Shown: piece after piece, positions 10,006-18,396 of the stretch | Position numbering within the stretch: the stretch's first letter is position 1 | How the letters are laid out: every line of letters begins with the position of its first letter | Assembly: GCA_035650735.1 (NCBI GenBank) | Contig: DASRGZ010000096.1 | Span: 23,526-87,525 of the forward strand | Length of the DNA: 64,000 nucleotides | Origin: Chthonomonadaceae bacterium | Lineage (GTDB): Bacteria > Armatimonadota > Chthonomonadetes > Chthonomonadales > Chthonomonadaceae | Direction of reading: 5' to 3' | Translations under genes and position numbers: made by a program | Notes under the pieces: generated by a model | What the model was told of the DNA's origin: nothing | The model's input: only the letters and a program-made list of their open reading frames with translations | The model's database searches: none

Positions 10006-10686
10006 CTACGGACGCGAGCCGACACGGCGGCGGCGAAGCAGAGCGGCCCCGGTTAGACCCAGGCTGGCCAAAAGGGCATAGGCGCCGGGTTCGGGAACGG
10101 AAGAAGGAGGGGGCGCGTTCGTCAGGACGTTGCTGAAGACGAAGTTCTCATCAAAGTAGTTGAAGTCCGAGCCCGGAAACGGCAGGTCCTCAAAGGCCAC
10201 GTAGGTGCCCGCCGGTACGCCGGGGAAGAAGGTCTGTTGAGAAGACGTACCTGTATAGAATGTCGAGTACACGTGGTTGTGCCCAAGGGTCTCACCCGGG
10301 TTATCGTAAGACACGTTCAGGCTCGGATCGGAAAAGGCATCCTCGCCCAGGGTGAGGTTATGCAGGACGAAGATCAGCGAATCTCCTGCGTTGACGTGAC
10401 CAAAATTGTATGGCTGTCCAATGGAGCTGCTATGGTTGTCCAGGCCGAATCCGCCCTGGGCAACCCCGTTGACGAGCACGCCCAACTGGTTGTCGAAACT
10501 GGCCGTGCTACCGGCGAAGTAGGCGATTAAGTCGCCGGAAGAGGCGGCAGTGAACGAATAGGTTTCCGGATTGGGGGTGCCTCGATCGGGATACGGGATC
10601 GGGCCTTGTGCGTTGGCCGCCTGCACCGAGGCGAGGCCGAGTACACCTGCAAGAACGGCGGCGGCAAAGAGGTGTCGAGCATTCAT
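10006..10686 (-). CDS. PEP-CTERM domain secreted protein (exosortase substrate)
   Basis: N-terminal signal peptide 'MNARHLFAAAVLAGVLGLASVQAANA'. C-terminus '...VPEPGAYALLASLGLTGAALLRRRRVGSRP' has a PEP motif, a hydrophobic span and an Arg cluster. Confidence 0.6.
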   Translation of the reverse strand: MNARHLFAAAVLAGVLGLASVQAANAQGPIPYPDRGTPNPETYSFTAASSGDLIAYFAGSTASFDNQLGVLVNGVAQGGFGLDNHSSSIGQPYNFGHVNAGDSLIFVLHNLTLGEDAFSDPSLNVSYDNPGETLGHNHVYSTFYTGTSSQQTFFPGVPAGTYVAFEDLPFPGSDFNYFDENFVFSNVLTNAPPPSSVPEPGAYALLASLGLTGAALLRRRRVGSRP

Positions 10687-11023
10687 GTCTGTTTCCCTTT
10701 CTCATCACGACAATGAGGTTGTCTCTCAAGCGTGTCGTTACGGCAAGAGGATCTCTGGCCGCGCGTGTCCCTGCTTGAGATAGAAGGAGGATTACTGCAA
10801 CTGCCTCTGAGAACACCGACCTCAACGTATGTGTACAACCCTCGTTTTAGTCTGCAACTTTAACCTTGTGCAAATTCCATGCCAACAAGCATGGATTAAG
10901 GTATAGGCGAACAATAAATTGGACCGAGAATTTGTTCTCCGTCCGGCTTTGACCATGGATTATCCCGCATCCACTCTGCAAAATGCGGGCTGACGCATAA
11001 GCCGCTGATCGCTAGGGCCACCC

Positions 11024-12235
11024 TCAGGGCGTGCCGCGCGCCGCCGCCTTGATGCTAGCCCGCCGCGCCGCGAGCGCCACGGAAACCGGCGGCTCACCCT
11101 GCCATAGCCGATAAAGCTGCACCAGCGTTACCACCGCCAGCGCCGTTAGGGGAGCCGCAAACAGCACGCCCCACAGGCCCCCGACCTCAAATCCGGCCAG
11201 CAGAATAAACAAGACCAACACCTCATGCAGCCCCAGCGCCACGCCAACCAGGCGCGGATACAGCACTTTTGAGCCGAATTCGTTGATGAGAAAGAAGAGG
11301 ATCACGACAATAATGGCGCGCGTGAGCGGAGTCAGGCCGTGACCGGCGGGCGTCAACAGCGCGGCAATCACCGCCGGGAAAGCGCCGATGAACGGCCCGA
11401 CCACCGGTATCAGCGCCGCGAACACAACAAAGATCCCGATCAACAGCCAGAGCCGCACGCCCAGCAAGCCGCAGGCAACCGCCGCCGCCACGCCCAGCGC
11501 CAGGGCCAGCAGCAGTTGGCCGCGCACAAAGCCGCCCAGGACGCGGCTCACGTCCGTCTCCCACGCTACAGCGTAGGGCAACAGGCGCTCCGGTAAGGCG
11601 GCATTCACCCGCTCCCGCATCTCCTGGCTGTAGAGCAGGAAGTAGAGAGCGATCAGCACCACGAGCAGCCCTTCCACAACCGAGCGCGATAGAGCCGCCA
11701 GCGTGCTTACCGTGCTATGCGCCACCACTTCGCCCCAGGACTTGACATTGGAGGGCGGGTTGCTCAGATACTGCTCCAGGTTGACGTGAATACTGCGTGC
11801 GGCCAGCCAGGCATCCGTATCTGCCAGCAGTTGCCGTCCTCGCTGCTCGATGGCGGCGTGATCGCGGACGAGCACCTGCACCTGATGGGTCAGTTGCGCG
11901 CTCAAGAGCACGCCGCCGAGAAAAAACAGCCCAAACAGCACGCCGAAGACGATCAGCACGCCGGCCCAGCGCGGATGTTGCCCCCGCCGGGCAAGCCCGC
12001 GCGCCCGCTCCACCAGAGGGTCGAAGGCATAGGCCAGCAGCCCGCCCAGCGCAAACAGCAGCACCGTATGATGGATGGCTGCCAGCAGGCGCACGGTCAC
12101 CGCTACGGCAGCCACCAGCAGCAGGCAGGTCGCCACCACGATGAGCAGTCGCAGCCACCGATGCATGGCAATGGTTTCGCTCAGGTGGCCGCGATCCTCG
12201 GAAGCGTCCGGCGGCGTTGATTTGATAGGTGGCAT
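11024..12235 (-). CDS. AI-2E family transporter (PerM/YhhT-like, UPF0118)
   Basis: Polytopic membrane protein with family-typical blocks 'LIALYFLLYSQEMRERV' and 'GPFIGAFPAVIAALL'. Start may be the internal Met (MHRWLR). Confidence 0.75.
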   Translation of the reverse strand: MPPIKSTPPDASEDRGHLSETIAMHRWLRLLIVVATCLLLVAAVAVTVRLLAAIHHTVLLFALGGLLAYAFDPLVERARGLARRGQHPRWAGVLIVFGVLFGLFFLGGVLLSAQLTHQVQVLVRDHAAIEQRGRQLLADTDAWLAARSIHVNLEQYLSNPPSNVKSWGEVVAHSTVSTLAALSRSVVEGLLVVLIALYFLLYSQEMRERVNAALPERLLPYAVAWETDVSRVLGGFVRGQLLLALALGVAAAVACGLLGVRLWLLIGIFVVFAALIPVVGPFIGAFPAVIAALLTPAGHGLTPLTRAIIVVILFFLINEFGSKVLYPRLVGVALGLHEVLVLFILLAGFEVGGLWGVLFAAPLTALAVVTLVQLYRLWQGEPPVSVALAARRASIKAAARGTP

Positions 12236-12316
12236 GCGTTTTCCCCAAGTGGCCGTGCCGCCAAAGCGCGTAGAATCTCCCTCTCGGACAACTACGCACT
12301 TTGAGCGTCTAGTCGC

Positions 12317-13264
12317 TTAGCGCAGGGCAGCCTCAATCTCGGCCATCTCCGCCTCCGCCAGCCGCCAGCCCATCGCGCTGACGTTCTCCTCCACCTGGGC
12401 GGGCCGCCGCGCCCCGACAATCGCCGCCGTCACCGCCGGGTGCATCAGCGTCCAGGCGATGGCAAGCTGCCCGACCGTTTTGCCGTGCCGGGCGGCAATC
12501 GGGCGCAGACGCTCCACGAAGGCCAGGTTTTTAGAGAGCTGCGGCTCCTGGAAGAGCGGGTTGTTGCGCCGCCAATCATCCGGGGCGACGCGGTTAATGT
12601 CGAAGGAGCCGGAGAGGAGGCCGGCCTGCATGGGGCTATAGACGATAACGCCGGTGCCGTTCTGGAGGCACCAGGGCAGGATTTCAGCCTCGACCTCGCG
12701 GCGCAGCAGGCTATACGGCGGCTGTAGGGAGTTGATGTGCCGAATAGGCTCGCACCGGGCCATCTGTTCCACGTTGAAGTTGCTGACGCCGATGTAGCGG
12801 GCCTTGCCCTCATCCTGGAGCGCGGCCAACGTCGCCCAGGACTCCTCCAGCGGCGTGCCGGTCTCGTCGGCTGGCCAGTGGATCTGATAGAGGTCTACGT
12901 AGTCGGTTCCCAGGCGGCGCAGGCTGGCTTGCATCTCGCGGCGGATACTGTCGGGATGCAAATTGCCGTGCGGCGTGCCGGTCGCGTCGGGCACGCGCCC
13001 GCACTTGGTGGCAATAAAAACCTGGTCGCGCGGCAAGCCCTGGATGGCCCTGCCGACGACCTCCTCCGAGTGGCCCAGGCCGTAGATGGCGGCGGTATCA
13101 ATCCAGTTACAGCCTAGCTCCAGCGCCCGGCGGATGGCCGCAATGGAGTCCGCATCGCTCTGCGGCCCCCAGCCGACCTTCCACGGCCCGCCAACGGCCC
13201 AGGCGCCAAAGCCGACGGTGGTAAGCTCCGGGCCATTGTGCCCGAGTTTGCGCGTTTCTATCAT
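12317..13264 (-). CDS. Aldo/keto reductase
   Basis: 'LGCNWIDTAAIYGLGHSEEVVGRA', 'GVSNF' and C-terminal AKR blocks. Confidence 0.85.
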   Translation of the reverse strand: MIETRKLGHNGPELTTVGFGAWAVGGPWKVGWGPQSDADSIAAIRRALELGCNWIDTAAIYGLGHSEEVVGRAIQGLPRDQVFIATKCGRVPDATGTPHGNLHPDSIRREMQASLRRLGTDYVDLYQIHWPADETGTPLEESWATLAALQDEGKARYIGVSNFNVEQMARCEPIRHINSLQPPYSLLRREVEAEILPWCLQNGTGVIVYSPMQAGLLSGSFDINRVAPDDWRRNNPLFQEPQLSKNLAFVERLRPIAARHGKTVGQLAIAWTLMHPAVTAAIVGARRPAQVEENVSAMGWRLAEAEMAEIEAALR

Positions 13265-13329
13265 CTCTCTTTTCGTCCTCATTCGCCCTGGATGGGCGTC
13301 TTTGATAGTTCTCGTCCAGGGGTAACTTC

Positions 13330-13600
13330 GTGATTTTGCCCGGCATTTCCTACAGCAAGATGGGAATTGCAGGCCATTCTGTTCTAGTCCTCTCCCCAGC
13401 AGACCTCACCCCCGGCCCCTCTCCTTCACAAGGAGAGGGGAGAGAAGAAGCCGGGGCACCCCCTTCCCTCCTAGGGAAGGGGGCCGGGGGGTTAGGTCAA
13501 AAGGAGAAGGGGGAGCAGAGAAGCCAGGGTTTGCCTCTGCCTGCGCAGGCAGGCAGCGGGCCGCAGGCCCCACAGCGGCAGGGGTCAGCCTGTCGTCACC
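13330..13600. repeat. GC-rich hairpin repeat cluster (REP/BIME-like)
   Basis: Palindromes CCTCTCC..GGAGAGG and CCCTTCCC..GGGAAGGG. Shares GGGAAGGGGGCCGGGGGGTTAGGT with 20790-20820 and 61780-61805, and GCAGGCAGGCAGCGGGCC / CACAGCGGCAGGG with 6880-6995. Confidence 0.5.
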
Positions 13601-15080
13601 AGAGCGTCACCTCATCCCAGTGCACCGGCTCGGCCCGCTCGTAATGCCGTCCGCGAGGGAGCGACACGCCGGCAAACGGGCCGAGGATAAGCGTAGGGCA
13701 GAACAAGAGCGCCACGGCGTCCGCCCGGTCTGGCGAGGGCAGGCCGCGCCGCCGCATCTCCTCCTTGCTCTCGATCTGAATCTGCCCGGCGGATGCGAAC
13801 TGGTAGCGCAGGCTCGCCAACTGCGCCGCCAGCGTCTCATCCTGGGGCAGCCGGATCTGCCCCGACCGGAACCGGTCCCGCAAGGCCCAGTAGGTCTGCG
13901 CGCGCAGATTCAAAAACTGATCGGCTTCCCGCGCACCCACCGGCCTCTCCCCAAACTGCACCGGCACTAGCCCGGCCACGCCCAGCTCCTCCAATCGATC
14001 CACCACGCCCGCCCCGATACCTACCGCGTCCACGGCGATGACCTCCGCGTGCTCCTCCTGCGCCAGCGCTGCAATGCGTCCGGCTACCTCCATCGTGCTC
14101 AGCCCGCGATACGTCGCCAGCCGCGTCACCGTATCGCCCTGCCGTACCGCCAGCACCGTCTCATCCGGGCCGAACCGCGCCACGTCCGCCGCCAGGATGC
14201 AGGCCGGATGAGGAAGAAAGGAAGAAGGAGGCAAAGACTTCTCGGTTGACTCCTTTCCCGCCATCGCCGCCTCGATCCAGGAGAGGGCGATCAGGCTGTC
14301 TGCTGCCGCTTCCGGGAACTCGCCCTGCACGCGGGCGCGAAACAGCCCGTTCGGGCGATACCGCCGCCCCTCCCAGGCAAACGTCTCCCGGTCATCTACG
14401 TTGGCCTCGGCTGTCCCCATCGGCTCGCACCAATCGGCAATCCGATCCGCCACCGCCTCCCGTGTCACCGCTCCCGGAATAACCGGAAACAGAAACGTTT
14501 CCCCGGCCACGTTCGGATGTGCCAGCGCCGAGAGGGTGAAGGTCTTCCAGCGCGGCGATTTGAACAGTTGGTAAAACCGACCGGCGGGAGATAGCGGGTT
14601 TGAGATAGCCAGCACCCGGTTATTGCGTCCTACGCAGACGCCCTCTATCGCGTCCCAGATCTCCTCCGGCACGCCGCACGCCTCGTCCAGCACGACCAGC
14701 AGGTTCTCCGCGTGGAAGCCCTGGAACCTGACAGGCTCGTCGGTGCTAAGGCCCATCGCAAAATGCCCATCCGCGACCTTCAGGCGCGTCTGCAATAGGC
14801 TGCCCTCCAGCCTGGGCCGGGAAGGGTCGGCCTCGGCCCGCGCCTGGACTCGGTGAAAGCGCCTGCGAATCTCCTCCCAGAGCAGCGACTCCACTTGCCT
14901 CCAGGTTGGCGCCGTCGTCAGTACAACGGCAGGCCGATGGCAGTAGAGAAACCACCGCCAATTCCTGTTCCCAACCTCTACGATGTCTCTCGCCGGAAAG
15001 AGTCCATTGATCCTCCCCCTCCAAAGAGGGGCTGCCTCCATAGCGCGTCTGGTTTCGCATCGTGCTAACTCCTCTGCCAT
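13596..15080 (-). CDS. Phage terminase large-subunit-like protein. Intact RNaseH-like nuclease domain; ATPase domain lacks a recognisable Walker A.
   Basis: Walker-B/motif III 'LLVVLDEACGV...RVLAISNP'. Nuclease block 'ILAADVARFGPDETVLAV...AVDAVGIGAGVVDRLEELG...SPDRADAVAL' is textbook terminase C-terminus. No other phage genes adjacent. Confidence 0.6.
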   Translation of the reverse strand: MAEELARCETRRAMEAAPLWRGRINGLFPARDIVEVGNRNWRWFLYCHRPAVVLTTAPTWRQVESLLWEEIRRRFHRVQARAEADPSRPRLEGSLLQTRLKVADGHFAMGLSTDEPVRFQGFHAENLLVVLDEACGVPEEIWDAIEGVCVGRNNRVLAISNPLSPAGRFYQLFKSPRWKTFTLSALAHPNVAGETFLFPVIPGAVTREAVADRIADWCEPMGTAEANVDDRETFAWEGRRYRPNGLFRARVQGEFPEAAADSLIALSWIEAAMAGKESTEKSLPPSSFLPHPACILAADVARFGPDETVLAVRQGDTVTRLATYRGLSTMEVAGRIAALAQEEHAEVIAVDAVGIGAGVVDRLEELGVAGLVPVQFGERPVGAREADQFLNLRAQTYWALRDRFRSGQIRLPQDETLAAQLASLRYQFASAGQIQIESKEEMRRRGLPSPDRADAVALLFCPTLILGPFAGVSLPRGRHYERAEPVHWDEVTLW

Positions 15081-15099
15081 CCATATAAGTATACTAATA

Positions 15100-15140
15100 T
15101 CTACATATTAGGATACAGAAGAGTTCAAAATTTGTCAACA
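15100..15140 (-). promoter_or_regulatory. Candidate sigma70-type promoter for the terminase-like gene in an AT-rich spacer
   Basis: On the minus strand, TTGACA, a 17-nt spacer, then TATCCT, about 25 nt upstream of the ATG. The region 15085-15145 is unusually AT-rich for this locus. Confidence 0.35.
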
Positions 15141-15144
15141 CTTT

Positions 15145-15185
15145 AGGGCTAAAAAACGGGCAGGTCTTTCTGCGAGATTTTCGCA
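15145..15185 (-). terminator. Intrinsic terminator downstream of the 15217..16587 gene
   Basis: Minus-strand hairpin GGGCAGG...CCTGCCC followed by TTTTTT. Confidence 0.5.
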
Positions 15186-15216
15186 GCCTGCCCACTTCTC
15201 AAAACACTCGAAAGCG

Positions 15217-16587
15217 CTACAGCCGCACGGTCGTCGTCCCCTTTACCAGATCAAAGCAAAGCGCGATGCCCTCGCCCTCCCGCAGCCAGGCGCCGCCCGC
15301 CAGGTCCCCCGGCGCAGAGACCTCACGCAGTTCCACAGGCCGACCTTCCGCCGTTACCTGCGGCCTGGCCTGCGGCGGCGCGGAGACCCACAGCGTGAAT
15401 TCAGGGCAGGCGAACGGCGCGCGCAGCGTCACGCCCTCGGCGGCGCGCGTGATGGCCGTCAACTCCCCGGCGGCCCAGTACCGGGCGATCTCGCTCAGCT
15501 TCATCCAGAGCAGGTCGTCGTTGCGGGCGTGAATGCGCCGCACGACCTCCTTGAAGATGGTGAAGCCGACCTCCTCGCCGTTGAAGTAGATGCCCGGCCA
15601 GTGGCAGACCAGGATGGCCGGCTCCCCACGATCCATCACCTCCGGCAGACGCCCGCCCTGCAAATCCTCGGTGATGAACAGATCCACATTGCCCGGCGAG
15701 AGGCCGTCCCAGCCGCCAAACCAATCGCCCGTGCAGCCGATGATCGAGACGGCGCATTCGGGGGCCATCCCTTCCAGGCCGGAGGCATATTCGACGCGCG
15801 GCGCTACGCTCCGCCCGTCCGTGAAGAGGTGACGGAAGTAGTGGGGGATCTCGGCGCGGTAGACATCGCGGCACGCCTGCAAGGTCGCCTGCGCCAGCTC
15901 CGGCAGAACCTGGGTTCCGAACCCGCCAGGCGTCGTGATGCCCTCGCACGGCAGGCCGACATTCTTGAGGATCTGCAAAGCGTAGGCCAGGTAGTCGGCA
16001 AGCTGATCGACGGACTTGCCCTCCGTCCAGCCCCAGTTCTCCATGAACCGCTCCGTGCGTTCCGGGTAAGGGCGGCCTGTCTTCGTATCGATCACCCAGG
16101 TGTGGGAGACCATCTCCGGGTGGATGTCCCAGTCCGGCGCCATCAGCGTGCGCACCAGGTCCAGGCTTGCCTCCAGTTCCCGCTTCGACCAGCCGGGAAG
16201 CTCCCGATCCATCCAGCCCACGCAGGCCGGATAGGGCACGATGCTGTATTTGCCCTTTACGCCCCGCTCATGGCACCACTCGCCAAACTTCCGCACGAAG
16301 GCATCGGGTATCTCGCGCGGCAGGGTCTTCCAGGGCTGTAAGTAGCGGCCTGGGAAGACCTCGGCGAACGGGGGAATGCAGAAGTGGGCCAGGTTCACCA
16401 GACAGGTAGAGTCGTCAATGATGAAGCTGACCGGCACCCGCCCGCGCGGATTGAGCACTTCCACGCCGTCGGCGGCCTGGGCAGGACGCTCGCCGCCGAC
16501 TTCGGCCAGCCATCGGGCCGCCTCCGGGTCGCGTGCGGCCCGCGCAAAACGGCGCAGGCGGGGAGTGGGGTGGGCAGTAGGCTGCAT
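15217..16587 (-). CDS. Hypothetical protein (no confident family assignment)
   Basis: Long ORF with good coding compositional bias. ATG at 16587 has AGAGGAGG 10 nt upstream; the track starts at GTG 16593. Confidence 0.5.
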   Translation of the reverse strand: MQPTAHPTPRLRRFARAARDPEAARWLAEVGGERPAQAADGVEVLNPRGRVPVSFIIDDSTCLVNLAHFCIPPFAEVFPGRYLQPWKTLPREIPDAFVRKFGEWCHERGVKGKYSIVPYPACVGWMDRELPGWSKRELEASLDLVRTLMAPDWDIHPEMVSHTWVIDTKTGRPYPERTERFMENWGWTEGKSVDQLADYLAYALQILKNVGLPCEGITTPGGFGTQVLPELAQATLQACRDVYRAEIPHYFRHLFTDGRSVAPRVEYASGLEGMAPECAVSIIGCTGDWFGGWDGLSPGNVDLFITEDLQGGRLPEVMDRGEPAILVCHWPGIYFNGEEVGFTIFKEVVRRIHARNDDLLWMKLSEIARYWAAGELTAITRAAEGVTLRAPFACPEFTLWVSAPPQARPQVTAEGRPVELREVSAPGDLAGGAWLREGEGIALCFDLVKGTTTVRL

Positions 16588-16635
16588 TCGCACTTGTCCT
16601 CCTCTGTTCAGGCATTCGGGCGCGCTCGTAGCGGC

Positions 16636-17757
16636 TCATTCTTCCTCATACTCTACCGCCTTTTTCCACCAATCGAACTCGTCCGGGAAGCGGCGGCTGT
16701 TCTTATCGAACCACTCCATCATCTTCAGGGCGTCGTAGCCGAACTGGCTCTGGAACGTCTTCTCGAACTCCTCAAACGTCATGCCCATGCGGATAGCCAG
16801 AATATATTCCCGCGCGCCGATGTTATCACCCGGATTGGAGCGCAGAAGCTTGCGCAGCAACTCCAGCGCCGCGTCGGTGCGGCCCGCCTCCCATTCGGCC
16901 AGCGCCTTGTTGAGCAGCGTGCGGATGATGTGCCGGTTTTCCAGCCAGCCCCATTCCAGCGTCGGCGGCCAGTTGCCTTCGGCGTCCGTAATGCGCCTCA
17001 GCGCCCGCTCATAGGCCGTGTTGAGCAGTTGCTCCGCCTCCTCCTCCCGTCCCTGCTGCCGGAGCATGTCCCGCAGCATCAAATAGGAGTCATAAAAATC
17101 CGGGTCCCGCTCAATCAGTTTACGAACATCCCGTTCGAGAGCCGGACACGGCCTCTGCCGCTGGTAGCGCTCCGCCAGGTCATAGAAGCGGGACTGCACC
17201 GGCGACTCGTGCGCAACGAACTGCCCGCCCTCGACGACATCGCCCTCCGGATTGGACATCCGCAGCCCGCCGCCAAGCATCTGCTCCAACTGGCCCACCA
17301 TCTCGAAGGTAGGAGTGATCTGCTGTGCCGCCTGCTCCAGCAGCTCGAAGGTGGGGGCCATTCTCTCCTTCATCTGCTTGGTCATGAACTCGGTATTGAA
17401 GTAGTTGAGATTGAACATTTCGCGAATGGCTCCCGCTTTCTGGGAGGCGCTACCCGGAGCCACATGGAAATAGGCGGCGATGTCCGGTGCGCTCACATGC
17501 GGCTTAAAACGCTTATCAAACAGGAAGTTCATCGTGCCGAGCGCATGAATGATCCCGGTGGCCCATATCTCCGGGCGTCCGCGCAGAAAGGGCACGGAAC
17601 GCTGTTTGGCCATCCTATCTATGAGCTTCTTGCACAGCCGCTTGTAGTCCGCATTCAAATAGGCGTCGCAGAACCCGCCCGTTAATTCCAGAAGCTGCTG
17701 CTTCTTCTCGGTCACGGCATCCTGCCCATTGGCGCCGATATCGGCCTTTTTCGGCAT
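16636..17757 (-). CDS. Hypothetical protein with helical, TPR-like C-terminal half
   Basis: 402-aa ORF. Internal Met 'MPKKADIG' is a more plausible start than the track start. No recognisable catalytic motif. Confidence 0.45.
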   Translation of the reverse strand: MPKKADIGANGQDAVTEKKQQLLELTGGFCDAYLNADYKRLCKKLIDRMAKQRSVPFLRGRPEIWATGIIHALGTMNFLFDKRFKPHVSAPDIAAYFHVAPGSASQKAGAIREMFNLNYFNTEFMTKQMKERMAPTFELLEQAAQQITPTFEMVGQLEQMLGGGLRMSNPEGDVVEGGQFVAHESPVQSRFYDLAERYQRQRPCPALERDVRKLIERDPDFYDSYLMLRDMLRQQGREEEAEQLLNTAYERALRRITDAEGNWPPTLEWGWLENRHIIRTLLNKALAEWEAGRTDAALELLRKLLRSNPGDNIGAREYILAIRMGMTFEEFEKTFQSQFGYDALKMMEWFDKNSRRFPDEFDWWKKAVEYEEE

Positions 17758-17867
17758 CTCAGGCTCTCCTTTGGCGCAACTGCTGCGCGTCGCGCTTCCC
17801 TTCGCGTATGTCGCCCGACCGACTACGGCTACTGTGTACGGCATAAGCCTCTGAAACTCCTGCCTTC

Positions 17868-18180
17868 TGAAGGCAATTTAGACAGGATTAACGGGATTAA
17901 CCGGATTTCAACCACTCAATAAAACAGGGCTTCTCTGAATTTGGTAGATAACTCAAGTTGCTACCTTGCCTCTTCGAGAAGGCAAACGGTGATGCAAAAG
18001 CCGGTTTCCAGAGCGATTCTCTCTCAAACGTGTTCCTAGGTAGCAACTTGGGTTAGATGCTCCCAGCCGTGTGGATCAATCTCACGCAGCCTGCTGAGGA
18101 GATACGTCAACACCGTTGGGAGGGATTACCCTGAATTTGTGTAATCCTGTAAATCCTGCAAAATCCTGTTCATCCTGTTG
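17868..18180. mobile_element. Composite, nested repeat region: (AGGATTWA)n arms of repeat family 3 enclose family-2 and family-1 MITE-like copies
   Basis: Left arm 'agacaggattaacgggattaaccggattt' and right arm 'aatcctgtaaatcctgcaaaatcctgttcatcctg' are inverted. The interior holds the 115-bp element 17944-18058 and the family-1 copy ~18051-18127. The direct repeat CTGAATTTG flanks the inserted block. Confidence 0.55.
17944..18058. mobile_element. MITE-like repeat family 2, copy 1 (115 bp), 17-bp near-perfect terminal inverted repeats
   Basis: 100% identical to 57367-57481. Terminal inverted repeats AACTCAAGTTGCTACCT / AGGTAGCAACTTGGGTT, with TAGAT on both flanks. Internal hairpin TTGCCTCTTCGAGAAGGCAA. 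Confidence 0.55.
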
Positions 18181-18396
18181 AAGGATTGGCTTTTCCTCCG
18201 TGTCTCTAGTGCAGCGGGTGGTTCAAAAATCGCTGTCCTGGTTTGGAAAATCTAGGGTATACTATGGCGGCTGACGGCGTAAACACAGCCGTCGCTTTTC
18301 TTGCGGGCAGCGTTGACAATTGAATCGGGCGTCTGATACAATACCGCAACGTTGTCAGGGCGATCTGGCAATACCCTCTTTTGCGCAGGAGACTCG

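Noticed and set aside
11223-12299. Multiple ORFs overlapping the AI-2E transporter gene on both strands
   Set aside because: High-GC frame artefacts. Only the 11024-12235 minus frame shows the polytopic membrane pattern and family blocks.
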